From: Malacoraja senta | Lineage: Eukaryota | Length of the DNA stretch: 64,000 nt | Assembly: GCA_038087875.1 (NCBI GenBank) | Contig: CM075988.1 | Location: 12,960,001 to 13,024,000 of the forward strand | Direction: 5' to 3' | Shown: positions 51,578-64,000 of the stretch, piece by piece | How positions within the stretch are numbered: position 1 is the first letter of the stretch | Layout: every line of letters begins with the position of its first letter | Translations under genes and position numbers: made by a program | The notes under the pieces: model-generated | The model's input: the letters and a program-made list of their open reading frames with translations, nothing else | What the model was told of the DNA's origin: nothing | Databases searched by the model: none

Positions 51578-52933
51578 AAATCAAAGCCCGCACAAAGTAA
51601 ATCAAAAGCATGGATTGTGAAGCCCAGAAAGGCTCCAGTGCAGAAAGAGTGATCGAGGATTCCTGATGCTGTTGCAAATTCCAAAGCTCCGCCGACATAA
51701 ATGCACCTCCTCAATCAACTCACTTACTTATGTGACAAACACAACAGTTACTATTCTCGTATCTCACCAAGGCTGAAGCCATCAATCAGGTTATACACAT
51801 TCTGCTCTCCTTCAGTTAACATCTACCTTTTCCCACTGAATATTCCTGGATAGAAAATGAAAGAGAAATTGTCAATTCCGTGCCTTTCAGATGGCATTTT
51901 GATGAGAGTCGCTGAGATATTAAAGCAGTTCAGAGTGACAAGAGGAGATCGAAATGAATAATGTGGTGTCGATGCAGTTTAGAGCTGATAACATCAAGGA
52001 AGCGATTGAAAAAATAACTGGTACCCCTGGGCAATAATTTGTAGCTAATTGAGTATGTGATTTAGATTGGCTATTAAGTTTGTAAGTCTGATTATGATGA
52101 TATAAAACGCCCGCTGCAATAAAGCAACCTGGTTTGAATTGCGATGGAGGTAGTTTTATTTAAAAAAATCACAGAGATCAGTGTCAGTTGAAGAGAACCT
52201 CCCTTTTTGTACCGAAGAGCTTGTTTTAAAAGTAAGGCTAATTTAACGCTATATAACTAATTGTACTTTTATCAAAAAGAAAAGTACAATCAATACTCTA
52301 ATATTTCTTATGATGGAATAGATGATAGCAGGTTAATTAAAATATGAGCCATGAGACAAGAATTTAATTCAAATTCCTACTGTGTAATTCATCACAATAC
52401 CAATGAGTGAATTCAGGAGAATCACTTCACCATTTATTTTGTATTATGTCGAGCTCAGTGTAGAGAAACTCATGGACGGGAACATAGGAAAAAGAAGAGG
52501 CTATTCACTCCTTTAACCTGTCCCACCATTTAATTAGTTCACGTGTACCTTGGATTTATATTCCTTGGTACCCCATTGAATTTTTTAATACCTGCTGGAA
52601 CTCAATGCCGAATGACCTACTTAATCAACATTGACATTGTTTCTTTGTGAGGGAGTTCCATGTTTGCAGACTTCTTTGGGTGAGAAAGTCCTTTCAATTT
52701 GAGAAAATACTTTCTTTTTTCTCATTCGAATAGCCCTGATCTAATGTCGAGTGCGTTCAATTCTTTTGAAATTTCTAAAACCAGATGAAATATTCTTCAT
52801 ACCTGATCTGAGTAATATTAGAATTTTAAATGCCTCAATTCAATCACCAATCAACTTACCAAATTAAAACATGACTGAATTTGTAACTCTCTTCATAAAT
52901 TAGCAAGTTTAGTTTTGGTAACTTGGTGCTGAA

Positions 52934-53133
52934 NNNNNNNNNNNNNNNNNNNNNNNNNNNNNNNNNNNNNNNNNNNNNNNNNNNNNNNNNNNNNNNNNNN
53001 NNNNNNNNNNNNNNNNNNNNNNNNNNNNNNNNNNNNNNNNNNNNNNNNNNNNNNNNNNNNNNNNNNNNNNNNNNNNNNNNNNNNNNNNNNNNNNNNNNNN
53101 NNNNNNNNNNNNNNNNNNNNNNNNNNNNNNNNN
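52934..53133. other. assembly gap (200 N)
   Basis: Run of N. Confidence 1.
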
Positions 53134-53505
53134 GCTGAAGTTGAGCCAATATATCCTTCCTATGGGACAGGAAACACCCATTTCTCCCCTCCCCTTCAAC
53201 TTACATTCTTTCCTCTAGCATCACAATTTACAACTCGTTTTGTCTCACAACCTCTGTCTTTTCATCGCTGGCCGTTGTCTGCGTATCACAAAACCCCATC
53301 ACCTGTATCAACCTATTACCTGACAGGCTTGTCCTGCCTCTCCACTCTTCCAGCTTTCTTTCTCGCCCACCACAAACAGTCTGAAAAAAGCTCACAACCC
53401 AAAACGTCACCTATCCATCTTCTCCAGAGATACTGCCTGACCTGCTGAGTTGCTTCAGTACTTTGTCTCTTTTTGTGAAGACCAGCATCTGCAGTTCCTT
53501 GTATC
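53134..53505 (+). mobile_element. Penelope-type 3' fragment
   Basis: Pyrimidine-rich UTR, decayed core CTGAAAAAAGCTCACAACCCAAAACGTC, and the standard tail. Confidence 0.6.
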
Positions 53506-53555
53506 CAACAATGTGATGATTTGTATGTACTCTGTAAAACTACCTATTGTAAAAT

Positions 53556-53870
53556 TGGGCATCACGGTGGCGCAGCGGTAGAGTTGCTGCCTTACAGCAC
53601 CAGTACCCGGATTCCATCCTAGCTATGGGTGCTGTCTGTACAGAGTTTGTACGTTGTCCCTGTGACCTGTGTGGGTTTACTCCAAGATCTTTGATTTCCT
53701 CCCACACTCCAGAGATGGACATGTTTGTAGGTTAATTGGCTTGATATACATGTAAATTATCCCTACTGTCTGTAGGATAGTGTCAATGTGCGAGGATTGC
53801 TGGTTGGTACGGACTCGGTAAGCCGAAGGGTTTGTTTCCACACTGTATCTCCAAACTAAAACTAAACTAA
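53556..53870 (+). mobile_element. V-SINE (HE1-like)
   Basis: GGGCATCACGGTGGCGCAGCGG head, CTAAA tail. Confidence 0.85.
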
Positions 53871-55987
53871 AAAAGTAATAATATGAACTGCAGTGGTGGA
53901 GTGGTTATACGACTGGAGAATCCTGAATTAATGAAGTGGAGAGAGTTGAAATCCCACCGTGGTAGCCAGGTAATTTTACATTCAGTTACAGTAAATCTGG
54001 AATAGAAAGAGAGCATCAGGAGTGGTGATTATGAAAGTACTGATTGCCATAAATATCCATTTGATTTTTTGATGACCTTTGCAGAAGGAAATGTGCCATC
54101 TTACCCAGTAGGGCAATTACACCTTAGGAACTACATTAGGTAATAGAAATGTGCACTTAACAATAGTATGATGCATTATGCAGTGAAATAGTGCTGTTGA
54201 AAAAGGGAGATGACTGTTGTGAAATTTATCTGTGATAATGGAGAATATAATGGGGTTAATGATTTGCTAACCTGCTTCACGATAAATAGAAGCAAATGTA
54301 AGTCATTTAAGAGAGTCAAGAGTGTGTAATTGTCATATGTACCGACATTGGAACATTGACATTCTGACTGCAGCAGCTTAACATACATACATACATACAT
54401 ACTGATACATTTAATAATCATGAAAAATCAATAGATAAATAACCGTGATACTAGTGCCAAAAAAAGGAAGACTATAGTGCAACCAAAGACATAGTCCACA
54501 GACGTTCATAGTAGCTGAGGGTGGTGTTATGTAATGTTCAAGAGCCTGATGGTTGGTGTCTAGAAGTTATTCTTGAAACTGGCTGTTCATTCATAGTAAC
54601 AAAGTCTGATCTTTTAACTCATTTGTCACTTTCCTGCACAAACCCCATATCACTTGATTTCCCCATATATCCCAAAATGTTGACACTTATCTTGAATATA
54701 ATCAGCAGCTGAGCTCTGTGGATCCACGCCGTAAAGATTTTTACAAATGTCTCTCCAAAGATTTGATAGATGCAAGTAACTGCATATTCTGGTTTACAAA
54801 TGAAGACACAAAGTGCTGGAGTAACTCAATGGGTCAGCCAGCATCAGGTCAGCATCAAGCACTGTGTGTCCTCCAAAGATTTGATGTCTTCTGCATAAAG
54901 ATATTCCTTATTTTCTGTCCAGAATGGCCACCGCCTTATTTTGAATGTTCTTGTTGTGGGCGAGAGATCTGAGCACATGAATACAGCTCTCCAAATCTAT
55001 CCGTCAATCTCCTAAGAATGTGTTTGTTCCAGTATGATCATTTCTCATTCTTCTAAACTCAAGAGAACATAGAAATAAAAACAGGAAACGCTGGAAACAT
55101 TCAGTGTATCAGGCAGCAGCTGTGGAAAGAAAGTGTTGATGGTTCATGTAGTCAGTAGAATTGGGAAAGAGAAAAAATAAGTTAATTTTCAGCAGCAGAG
55201 AGGATTGGAGGAGCAATGGCAAGAGCAAAGGCAATCTATCTGATTGTGTGTTCATGAGACATTTGGAATCAGATTATGCTTCTTTGCCAATATCGAAGTT
55301 GTCAGACTTGCTCAATGGGCCAGACTATACAGATCGAAAGATAGAAATTGAGCCAACATGGCAGATGGATGAGGGACAGAAATGGTCAGTTTAGATACAG
55401 ACAGGACTTTTCCATAATTGTAGAATTCGATATAGACATAGATCAGAGTGGATGTAAAAATTAAAATGGACGCTTTAATTGGTCAAACATGAGTAAGGAA
55501 ACCTCCTGATTAACAACACTGCATCCCTTATCTGATGAATATGTTTATTTCCTTTTACAAAACACTGCAGAGAGGACATGTAATGTACTCTGTGTGGGGG
55601 ACTTCAATGTCCATCACCAGGATTGGCTTGGTGGCACCACTTTTGATGGTGCTGGCAGAATCTCTGCCACTGGGAATTAACTCGCTTAACCTTGTCCTCA
55701 CCAACCTACCTGTGGTCTTGATAACATTGCATCTTGTAAAGGCAACACTTGTTCTTGTGGTGGCTATATCCCAGCCTTTATACTGAGGACATCCTTCATC
55801 TTTAACTTTCCCTTTCTGTAAATTAATTGTTGCAGCTACCACTCTATTGTCAGCATTCCTAATCCCTTTTACCTCCACATCAAATTGTGTCTGATTATAC
55901 AATTGTAATGGACCTTGGGTTGTTTCACTGCATTATATGAATGTACATTGTTGTGTTTATAAATATGTCTGACTCTTGCTTCTTCAG

Positions 55988-56140
55988 GCCTATGGCATGA
56001 ATATCAACAATGAACAGCTTGCTTCACTGGAGAAGATCACACTTGGATTTAATGATGAGGAAGTCAAGAAATATTTCACTAAACCCGACATTGATACCGT
56101 CGGTGCAATCTCAAATTACATGGAGTGGGCCTATAGTGAG
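55988..56140 (+). CDS. otoancorin-like exon AYGMNINNEQLASLEKITLGF...DIDTVGAISNYMEWAYSE
   Basis: Acceptor CTTCTTCAG, donor GAG|GTTGGT, phase 0 to 0. Confidence 0.88.
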
Positions 56141-56261
56141 GTTGGTATCATCTTCTCATTCTTCATTCATCACTTAGGTCATGGAATTTTAAATGTTTTC
56201 TTTTGGACAACAGCCATATTTAGAAATAACACCGAGTTGCAATCTGAATTTCAATCGGTTA

Positions 56262-56546
56262 GAAACATAGAAAATAGGTGCAGGAGTAGGACATTCGGCC
56301 CTTCGACCCAACACCGCCATTCAATATGATCATGGCTGAACATCCAAAATCAGTAGCCCATTCCTGCTTTCTCCCCATATTCCCTGATTCTGTTAGCCCT
56401 AAGAGCTATATCTAACTCTCTCTTGAAAACATTCAGTGAATTGGCCTCCACTGCCTTCCATGGCAGAGAATTCCACAGATTAACAACTCACTGGGTGAAA
56501 AAGGTTTTCCTCATTTCAGTCCTAAATGGCCTACCCCTTATTCTTA
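56262..56546 (-). mobile_element. CR1 3' fragment
   Basis: Antisense tail AGAAACATAGAAAATAGGTGCAGGAGTAGG followed by the ORF2 end. Confidence 0.8.
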
Positions 56547-57268
56547 ATTGCAATGGGAAAGGTTAAAAGTAATGAACCTCGTTACACTTTTTGCTTTGGT
56601 TACTAACAAGCAACAGAAAACATAATTTTCAATGTTACTCAACCAAAGCAACTTACCAAAAGACACTACTGCTGAAATTAGGGAAATTTGGGTCTTTGCT
56701 GTCTCTGGGCTAGGATGTTGCTTTGGAACTCCCACCTGTTATAGATCATGCCTGATATTATCCCATTATTTTGCTAAAGGGGGGGAAAAAAAGAACAGTG
56801 GGATCCACAGTTACTCGTTACTCCAAGAATATACCCGCACAGTTCAGAGGCATTTTGTGCAGGGATATATCTGGGTAGAATTGGTTTAAGAGGATAAATT
56901 CAGAGATCATGTGTGCTTATTAAACATCAACCTTCACTGCCATGAAGAGGAAGGTACCTGCCGTCCCTGGTTAGTGAAGTAAAGGGCAATGAACTGAAAC
57001 AAATTAAGTCCCATTTACCACTCCTGATGAAAGGTCATTGACCTCAAACTTTAAACCAGCCTTATTTCCCTCTACATGATCTGTACTTCCAGTATTTTCT
57101 GGGCTGTTTTATTTAGGGCCCATTCAAAATACTGATGACAGTGAGATTCCTTTTTTTTTAAATTACAAACAATGTAAAAATGTCCTGTGATAGATTTGTA
57201 TTTGAAATCTTAGATGAATGGAGTGATGATTTACAGAGCTTTTATTTCTTTCAAAGTTTTCCTCACAG

Positions 57269-57405
57269 GCCAAAACAATCCTGAAGAACTTCATGAATGG
57301 TCGTGCATATAGTAATCTCAGCAGCACGGAACTGGTTGGACTGGGTTACTTCATTTGCACCGTTCGTCCAGCTCAGATCAAGAACATTTCCATTCTTTCC
57401 TACAG
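57269..57405 (+). CDS. otoancorin-like exon AKTILKNFMNGRAYSNLSSTELVGLGYFICTVRPAQIKNISILSYR
   Basis: Acceptor TTTTCCTCACAG (an alternative in-frame AG lies at 57256), donor AG|GTAAAA, phase 0 to 2. Confidence 0.9.
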
Positions 57406-57803
57406 GTAAAAACAATTCCACAATCACCATCACCTCTGAGCTAGTCATTGAAATGATTAACAATAAAACTTGCTTGATACATGGATCAGGCTACTGCCAA
57501 AGCATTCAGTGTGACATTAGGGATTTGTTTTGTTAAAAGAGCTCTTTGCCTGTTGTCAGTTCGAAAGTTGTTGGAGGAAGTGCAGGGTGCATTCAATCAG
57601 GATAAAATCTGATCAATTTTGATGCAATTAACAGCAGAAAATAAGCCATCTAATCTGCAGAAAATATAAATACATGAGCAAGATTTTTTTTCGCCTTCCA
57701 TCACAGTGAGGAATGTGGAGGAGTCACTGTGGTGGATGTTTATGTTAAAATGTATTTTGTGTGTCTTGTTGCTTTTTATTGGCATGACTGTAGGCAAATC
57801 AAA

Positions 57804-60800
57804 TAGTAAGATTAAACGAGAACTTACCTAAGTTCGAAGTTTGATCTTTATTTTATGAGGAGTTACGTAGGTGATTACGTGAAGAACCCCGCCAGTGCGC
57901 CTGCGCGTCAATCTTCAAAGCAGCGGTGTGAAATCACAAAAAACAACAACCGAAGTAATATAGTCTCATAATAAAACGAGTAATACAAGAACTTCCATCT
58001 GACCGTTATAATAGAGGGTAGGGTCGTGGTGGGCACGTAATCACCTACGTAACTCCTCATAAAATAAAGATCAAACTTCAAACTTAGGTAAGTTCTCGTT
58101 TAATCTTACTATTTTACTTCGGAGTCACGTGAGTGACTACGTGAAGATTTTAAAGCTTTGTGATTTCATGCCGTGGATCAATCCCGGCTTCTCACTGCAT
58201 AGATTGACTCGGAACGAGAATAATCAATCATGCATTCATAATAACATTTGTACCACAAATGCAGTAATTCATTTCTGCATGAATCTGAAATGAATCAGAT
58301 CCCCTTTAAACCAGAGGAATTTACACAGAACTTAAAATAGTTTCTGCAAACAACCCCGCATTAACAATAGGCCGATGGTAAAAATGTTGAAACATCAACT
58401 CATTGGACCACCCGGCGGCTGCGAGGATATGGTCGACGGGGACGTCTTTTGCCCTGGCCGCCGACGTTTCTGCTGCCCTAGTCGAGTGAGACATAAAAAC
58501 ATAAGTGTTAATACCAGCAGCTGTTAAGACTTCTTTTATCCATCTGGAAATAGTCTGTATTGAAACTCTCGTGTGGTTTCTTGTGTGTGATCAACAACCC
58601 AGTTTCCGTATTCTCAAATTCTTTGTGACCTCAATGTATTGTAATAAATATGTCTTAATACAGAGACATGGATCATTTGGATATGCTGCTAGCATAATTT
58701 TAAATCCTGTCACACCTGGCCTAATTTACTTTAGTAGGTCATAGATATAGAATGTAACCTTGTCTTCAGTTACTTCCATACTGTCTATTTGTAATTTTCC
58801 AAGTGTTTGCACTTGTTGTGCTGTCACTCATGCCATAAGCATGAATACTTTCATACTGAGCTTGACCAAAGGTAAAGACACACTTGATGACCATTCACGA
58901 AGTAGTTTCAGTACCACACTTACATCCCAGATTGTCACGTACCTAGGTTTCGGTGGTTTGGAATTAAAGATTCCTTTCATTAGTCTGGAAACAATTGGGT
59001 GTGACCCAATTGAGTTTCTTTCTGAATCCAGAACCAAATATGAGGACAATGCACTTCTGGCTGAATTAATTGCACTACAACTCAGACCTTCATCATAATA
59101 AAGTTTTGACAGAAATTCTAAACATTTGAAATATCTGCAGTACTTTATTGCACATTCTTTTGTACACAGAACTCTTCCCATTTCTTAATATAAGAAAGGT
59201 ACTGTTTTTGAGTGCTCTTCCTCCAGGCTGCCGTAAGCATGTCCACAGTATGCTCAGACAGTCCTTGTCCCAGAAAAGGCATTCTTAAAACATGCAAATC
59301 AACAAATCCAAAGATCATATAATGGATGTTGTTCCCCTGTACAGGGTGCAGCAATAAATTACTCTTATTTGGGACTTTCATCAACATTTGTGTTGTTAAT
59401 TCTAATATCAATGGATACCATGGCTGTGTAGGCCAATCTGGTACTACCAATACCCTTGAAGCAGCATCTTGCCTGATTTTAAGCAAACATTGGCTTATGA
59501 GGCAGAAAGGTGGAAATATATATGAAAACATACCACCCCAATGTAGCGAGAAAGCATCAATCGCCACTGCTCCTGGATCTGGTTTCCATGAGACATATCT
59601 CGATAGCTGATGATTCAAGTCGATGTCGGTCATTCCAAATCTGATTACTATATCATTGAATACCTCTTGATTCAACATCCATTCTTTATTATCATGGAAC
59701 TTTTCGTGACCTGGTGTCTGCTATCGTGTTCATTCTACCTGGTAGATAGATAGCTGAAATCCAAATGTTCTTTTCAATACACCAAGACCAAAGTTGATTT
59801 AACCATTTTGTCACATGACACCAACTTAATTCCACCCATATCATTAATATAGGCAACTACTGTTGTGTTTATTAATTTGAACTTGAACCTTCCTTTTAGT
59901 TGTGTTAGAACCATAAGCTTGGAGTCCATAGAAACCTCCTAAAAGCTCCAAATAGGTAATTCCCCATGTCTGCAGTAACACTAACTTTTCCTGATTCCAT
60001 CTGCCTCCGCAGCTCCATGTTAAGTCAGTTGCACCCCATCCTAGTGCACTGGCATCAGTTTGTAATATCATGGAATGTTGTTCAATCAGCACTTTGCCTG
60101 AACTGCTTGAGACATGTAGAATCCATCACTGCAGCTTAGAAACAGCATTTGTTGTTACTTGCATGGTTCTATCAAAATGACCAGCATTTACTCTCAGTGC
60201 CTGTTCTTTGATTCTCTGCAGCTGTTGATAATGTAATGGTCCATACTGGACTGCTGGGAATCTACTAATTTTCCCAGTACTCGAGCCACCTGTTTGATTA
60301 GAGGTTTTTGCTCGTTTAACAGATTACTGCAATCTTTAATCAACTCCATCCTTTTTTCACTGGGCAAAGTAATTTGCATTTGGGCTAAATCAATTGTGAA
60401 CCCCAAATAATCAATCGAGGTACATGCTTTTAACCTTGATTTCTTTGGATGAATTTAGAAACCCCCAAACTTTCAAACGTTTGATTTTATTACTGCAACC
60501 GATGCTTCTGTTGACTGTTTTGTCCTTCCTATAATCAGGACATCATCCAGGTATGCCATTAGCACATGCCCCTGGCTCTCAGCAACCCCAGAATTAATTT
60601 TAACAATTTTATGAATATTCTGGGAGGGAACGTTAACCCATTAGGCAGAGCTTTGAACTGTCCTAATTGGTTCATCCATGTAAATTTAAGATACTTCATA
60701 TCTTGCAAGTGAACAGACACTGAACAAAAGGATTCAGACTTGCCAAGTCTATAATAATCCTACATCCTCCATCCTTTTTTGATCGAGGGAATATATTTGA

Positions 60801-62430
60801 TCCAAATTGGTGAATTTGGTAGACTGATTCTTCAATAACACCTTTTATATATAGGGTTTTGAAGCACAACTTGAACCTCCATTATCGCAAAGTGGAGAGT
60901 TCTGCTAGGAACATGCTGGACAGGCAAATCATAATTTGGATTGAAATCAATTCGAAATCCTTGTATATTATTCAGAATTACCACATCTGAAGTAATCTTC
61001 CAATGTTTATAGAAGAGACGTAATCTGCCTCCAACTTTTGGACTTAATCCAGTTAGTATGTTCCCCTGAGAACCATGTCCACCTACCTCTTGAGTCATTT
61101 GAGTATTCTGAGATCCCTGGATTCTTCCGGAAGCACCACCACTGGTCCTTACTCCTGCTGCAGGCCGCCAGCTACGTCCCTGCGTTGATGAGCGACTTGG
61201 TCCTGGTCTAGGATCCGTATGACGTCTGAAAGGATATTCCTCTTTACAGACTTTGCAACCATTGATATTTTTATCAATCCTGTTTTTGCTTCATCTTCCA
61301 ACTCTTTAATACGTCTCCCGAGATCCTCTCCAAAGAGTAAGTTGGGTAATTGTATATTACTTGGTTTGCAGAGTGCTGCGAATTTCGGATTCATAGTAGG
61401 CCGTATAGCACTTTCCTCAGATAATTGATCTCGAAGTGGGTGCTGCATAGCAACCCCAGTGCTTCCTGATGCAACTTCGTCATCTCTTGGCTGTTACCTG
61501 CTATTGTGGTAAAAGCAGTTATTCCAGAACCCAGCAGCATTAATATTCTCTGCAACTGATTCCAGATAATTTGGTTCACAGCTGCTGCTTTCAGCAACCC
61601 ACAATTACTTGGGGTCTCCTGCTTTCTTGCAGTCTCATCCATCTCCTGCTGTTCCAGCTGATGGTAAACCAAGTAATTTATTAAGGAGGCCAGTTCTTCT
61701 CCTAATGGCTCTCCTGACCCTGACGGGGCAGCGAATCCTACTGCCAGGGGTGGAACATCTGGCAGCTGCCGTTCATCACCTTGTACAGCCTCACCGTCAG
61801 AGTCGGGTCTGAAATCTCATGACCCGTAGCACGCTCCTCATTCCTGAGGGTGCATTCCATCAGCCCTGAGCCAGGTGCTGTTAAGCTGCTTCCTGCAGCT
61901 TGGATTACAGTACACTCCTTCCTGAGTGAACTTTGCTCCAACAGCCTATGGAAAAGGCTTTCTATTTGGGCAATACGCTCGAAAGCAGTATCTAGCCCTG
62001 GAGCTACTTCCATTGCCTGGGACTCGTTGGGATTTAAACTTTGTCTTTTGCCCGACAGGCACTGACTGTGTTTTCACCAGCCCCAGGTCCACAGTCGCTA
62101 TGCTCACCGCTGGCGACTGTACCGGGGTTCAGAGGCGGTTGGTCTCTAATCGCAGACTCCCGACTTTCCCGACTTCTGTCGGCTGTGTCGCTCGCCTCTT
62201 CCCCTGTCCGTTTTTTCCATGGCGTCTGTGGAAAAAATCCCCATAGACCCACAGTAAACGGACCTGGAAAACATGAAAAAAGTTTCTACTTACCTTGTAG
62301 TTGAAAAACTACAAACCACTGTAGGAGCTCTGCTCCTCACGTCCGTTTGCGTCAAGGCGTCTGACGTAATGACGCACAGGCGCACTGGCGGGGTTCTTCA
62401 CGTAGTCACTCACGTGACTCCGAAGTAAAA
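57804..62430 (-). mobile_element. full-length decayed DIRS1-type tyrosine-recombinase retrotransposon
   Basis: ITRs at 57876-57910 and 62370-62404, ICR at 58034-58147. Minus-strand remnants: gag-like (62252-61149), RT AYLDD (~60550), RNase H TDASALGWG, methyltransferase-like DAFSLHW..YIFPPF, and YR SARSALS..HPIV and HSTR..AAGWS..FY. Many stops and frameshifts. Confidence 0.93.
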
Positions 62431-63276
62431 TTCATCATATGTTGCAAAACATACTTGGCTAATAAAGTATGATTATGAAGAAGCAGGGTTTTTTGCCCCC
62501 TTGAGCCTGATCTACGTATCACAAAGAGATGATGATCAATCTACCTTTCCTTTGATCTCCCGCATCAGTTGATTCCTTGACTTTCAAAATTATATAAAAC
62601 CTTGGGTCTTGAAGATATTCAACAACATCTTTGCTATAATGTTTAGGATTACTTCACCACAATGGTGGTAGTGATTTAATTGCTCAGTTCATTGTCATCT
62701 GCTCATGGGCAGTAAGGACACAATAATGTAGAGACATCAGTTCTGAAGAAGGGACCTGAAATGATACCTGTCCATGTTCTCCAGGGATGCTGCCTGACCC
62801 GCTGAGTTCCTGTTGCACTTTGTGACTTTTTAAAGACTTCTAAGTCCCATGAGAGAATAAAATAGCACAGAGCTCCTTCGATACAAACTACAATGAAATT
62901 CATAGCTGACTTTCTGCTTCATCAGCGTATCTCTGTGCTAGATGGTGCAGTGTTACAAGACCAGTTATAATAGTACAGAACTGAATTACTCGCAAGAATG
63001 GTTCCATGTTCCAGTGTTTCTATACTCTAGAGCATCTGCAGTGGTAAATAAATGAGGAAAGTACAAAAAAAATGGAAAGTGTTTTAAGATTGGTGGAACT
63101 CATTAATTTCATTTGCACATTCACATCACACCAATTAACTTATGTGTTGGATTTATTTATATTTTTAGAATTGCCGAGCGTAGATTTTGCTTAACTGTTT
63201 CCCTTAATGAAAATCATCTGTATCGACCGTGGTAGACAAAAACATACTCACAGATTGTTTTTCTTGTATTCCACAG

Positions 63277-63416
63277 ATCTGCAGCCAGGGATATTGGGAA
63301 CATAAAATGTCTGAAATTAGAGCCACTCACTGCTTTGAAGGTCAAAGCAGTCCAGACGTTTTCCAATATAAAAAGCTGGACTGGAGCACAGCTACAGGAG
63401 ATAGGAGTCGTTGCAG
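63277..63416 (+). CDS. otoancorin-like exon SAARDIGNIKCLKLEPLTALKVKAVQTFSNIKSWTGAQLQEIGVVA(A)
   Basis: Acceptor TATTCCACAG, donor CAG|GTAATA, phase 2 to 1. Confidence 0.92.
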
Positions 63417-63889
63417 GTAATAACTATGTCAAAGATGATATGATTTATTATAAAGAAATGGAATGTTTGGCCCAACAGTTCCTTTTCCATATGCTCCACC
63501 CTCTGACAAGTAAATGTTACTGATCCATCCCACACGTCCTCATAGCCATTTTTCTATCTTCCACCTTTCCAGTTTAATCTTCAGTACTGACAGTTCCTGT
63601 CGCTTCCACTAACTATGGACATTAATTCTACGGTCCCGTACCTCTTGTTCACTGGAGCTTCACTTTTGGCCAGGGAGTAATTTCACAGAACTGGCAGGAA
63701 CGATTAAGCTTCAAGCACTCCAGTAAAAAGTTAGCGGGGGAATTAGTCAATAGATAGCTTCCCTACCTCACAAAACAAGTGACCCATCATTCTATGAACT
63801 GTAAAAGTGGGTAAGCTACAGCACTGCAAATGCTGGAAGTAATTTAATTATCAGATCATGAGCAAACCTTGTTCCTATTCTCTTCGTAG

Positions 63890-63987
63890 CTGGGTTGACT
63901 GCAGAAGAAGTACCCGAGCTGAGCACAGCTGCTGTTTCGTTCCTGACACCAGATGCTGTCTCCTACTTCCCACCTAACGTTTTTTCG
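63890..63987 (+). CDS. otoancorin-like exon GLTAEEVPELSTAAVSFLTPDAVSYFPPNVFS (GC donor)
   Basis: Acceptor TTCTCTTCGTAG and probable donor TCG|GCAAGT, phase 1 to 0. Aligns with otoancorin AGLT..QPSAIKCLPDEIFK. Confidence 0.85.
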
Positions 63988-64000
63988 GCAAGTATCTTCA

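Noticed and set aside
52925..53140. GCTGAA on both sides of the second gap
   Set aside because: A 6-bp match is too short to infer overlap or mis-assembly.
55570..55800. GDFNVHH-like endonuclease remnant
   Set aside because: Probably a decayed LINE fragment, but too short and degenerate to assign.

Overview
This is AT-rich, repeat-dense vertebrate genomic DNA. The repeat complement (HE1/V-SINE-like tRNA SINEs, CR1 3' ends, Penelope termini) suggests a cartilaginous fish such as a skate or ray; this is an inference. The window has two 200-N gaps. Most of it (about 9.9 kb to the right edge) is one + strand multi-exon gene that the ORF track largely misses. I read 21 coding exons by hand: a signal-peptide exon, then 20 exons (14811-63987, 2799 nt, 933 codons) that splice in frame with no stop. 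They encode an otoancorin/mesothelin/stereocilin-family protein whose C-terminus lies beyond the window. Notable gene features are two GC-AG donors, a (GK)n insert and an RKKR furin site at the mesothelin-like position. Intergenic and intronic DNA contains Rex1, L2, CR1, RTE and HERO-like LINE copies, V-SINEs and hAT/Tigger-type MITEs. It also contains a full-length decayed DIRS element with intact termini and ICR, two copies of an ~830-bp bipartite non-autonomous retroelement, and many Penelope-type termini with minimal hammerhead-like cores, often as fold-back palindromes. Family assignments rest on recalled motifs, not database searches.
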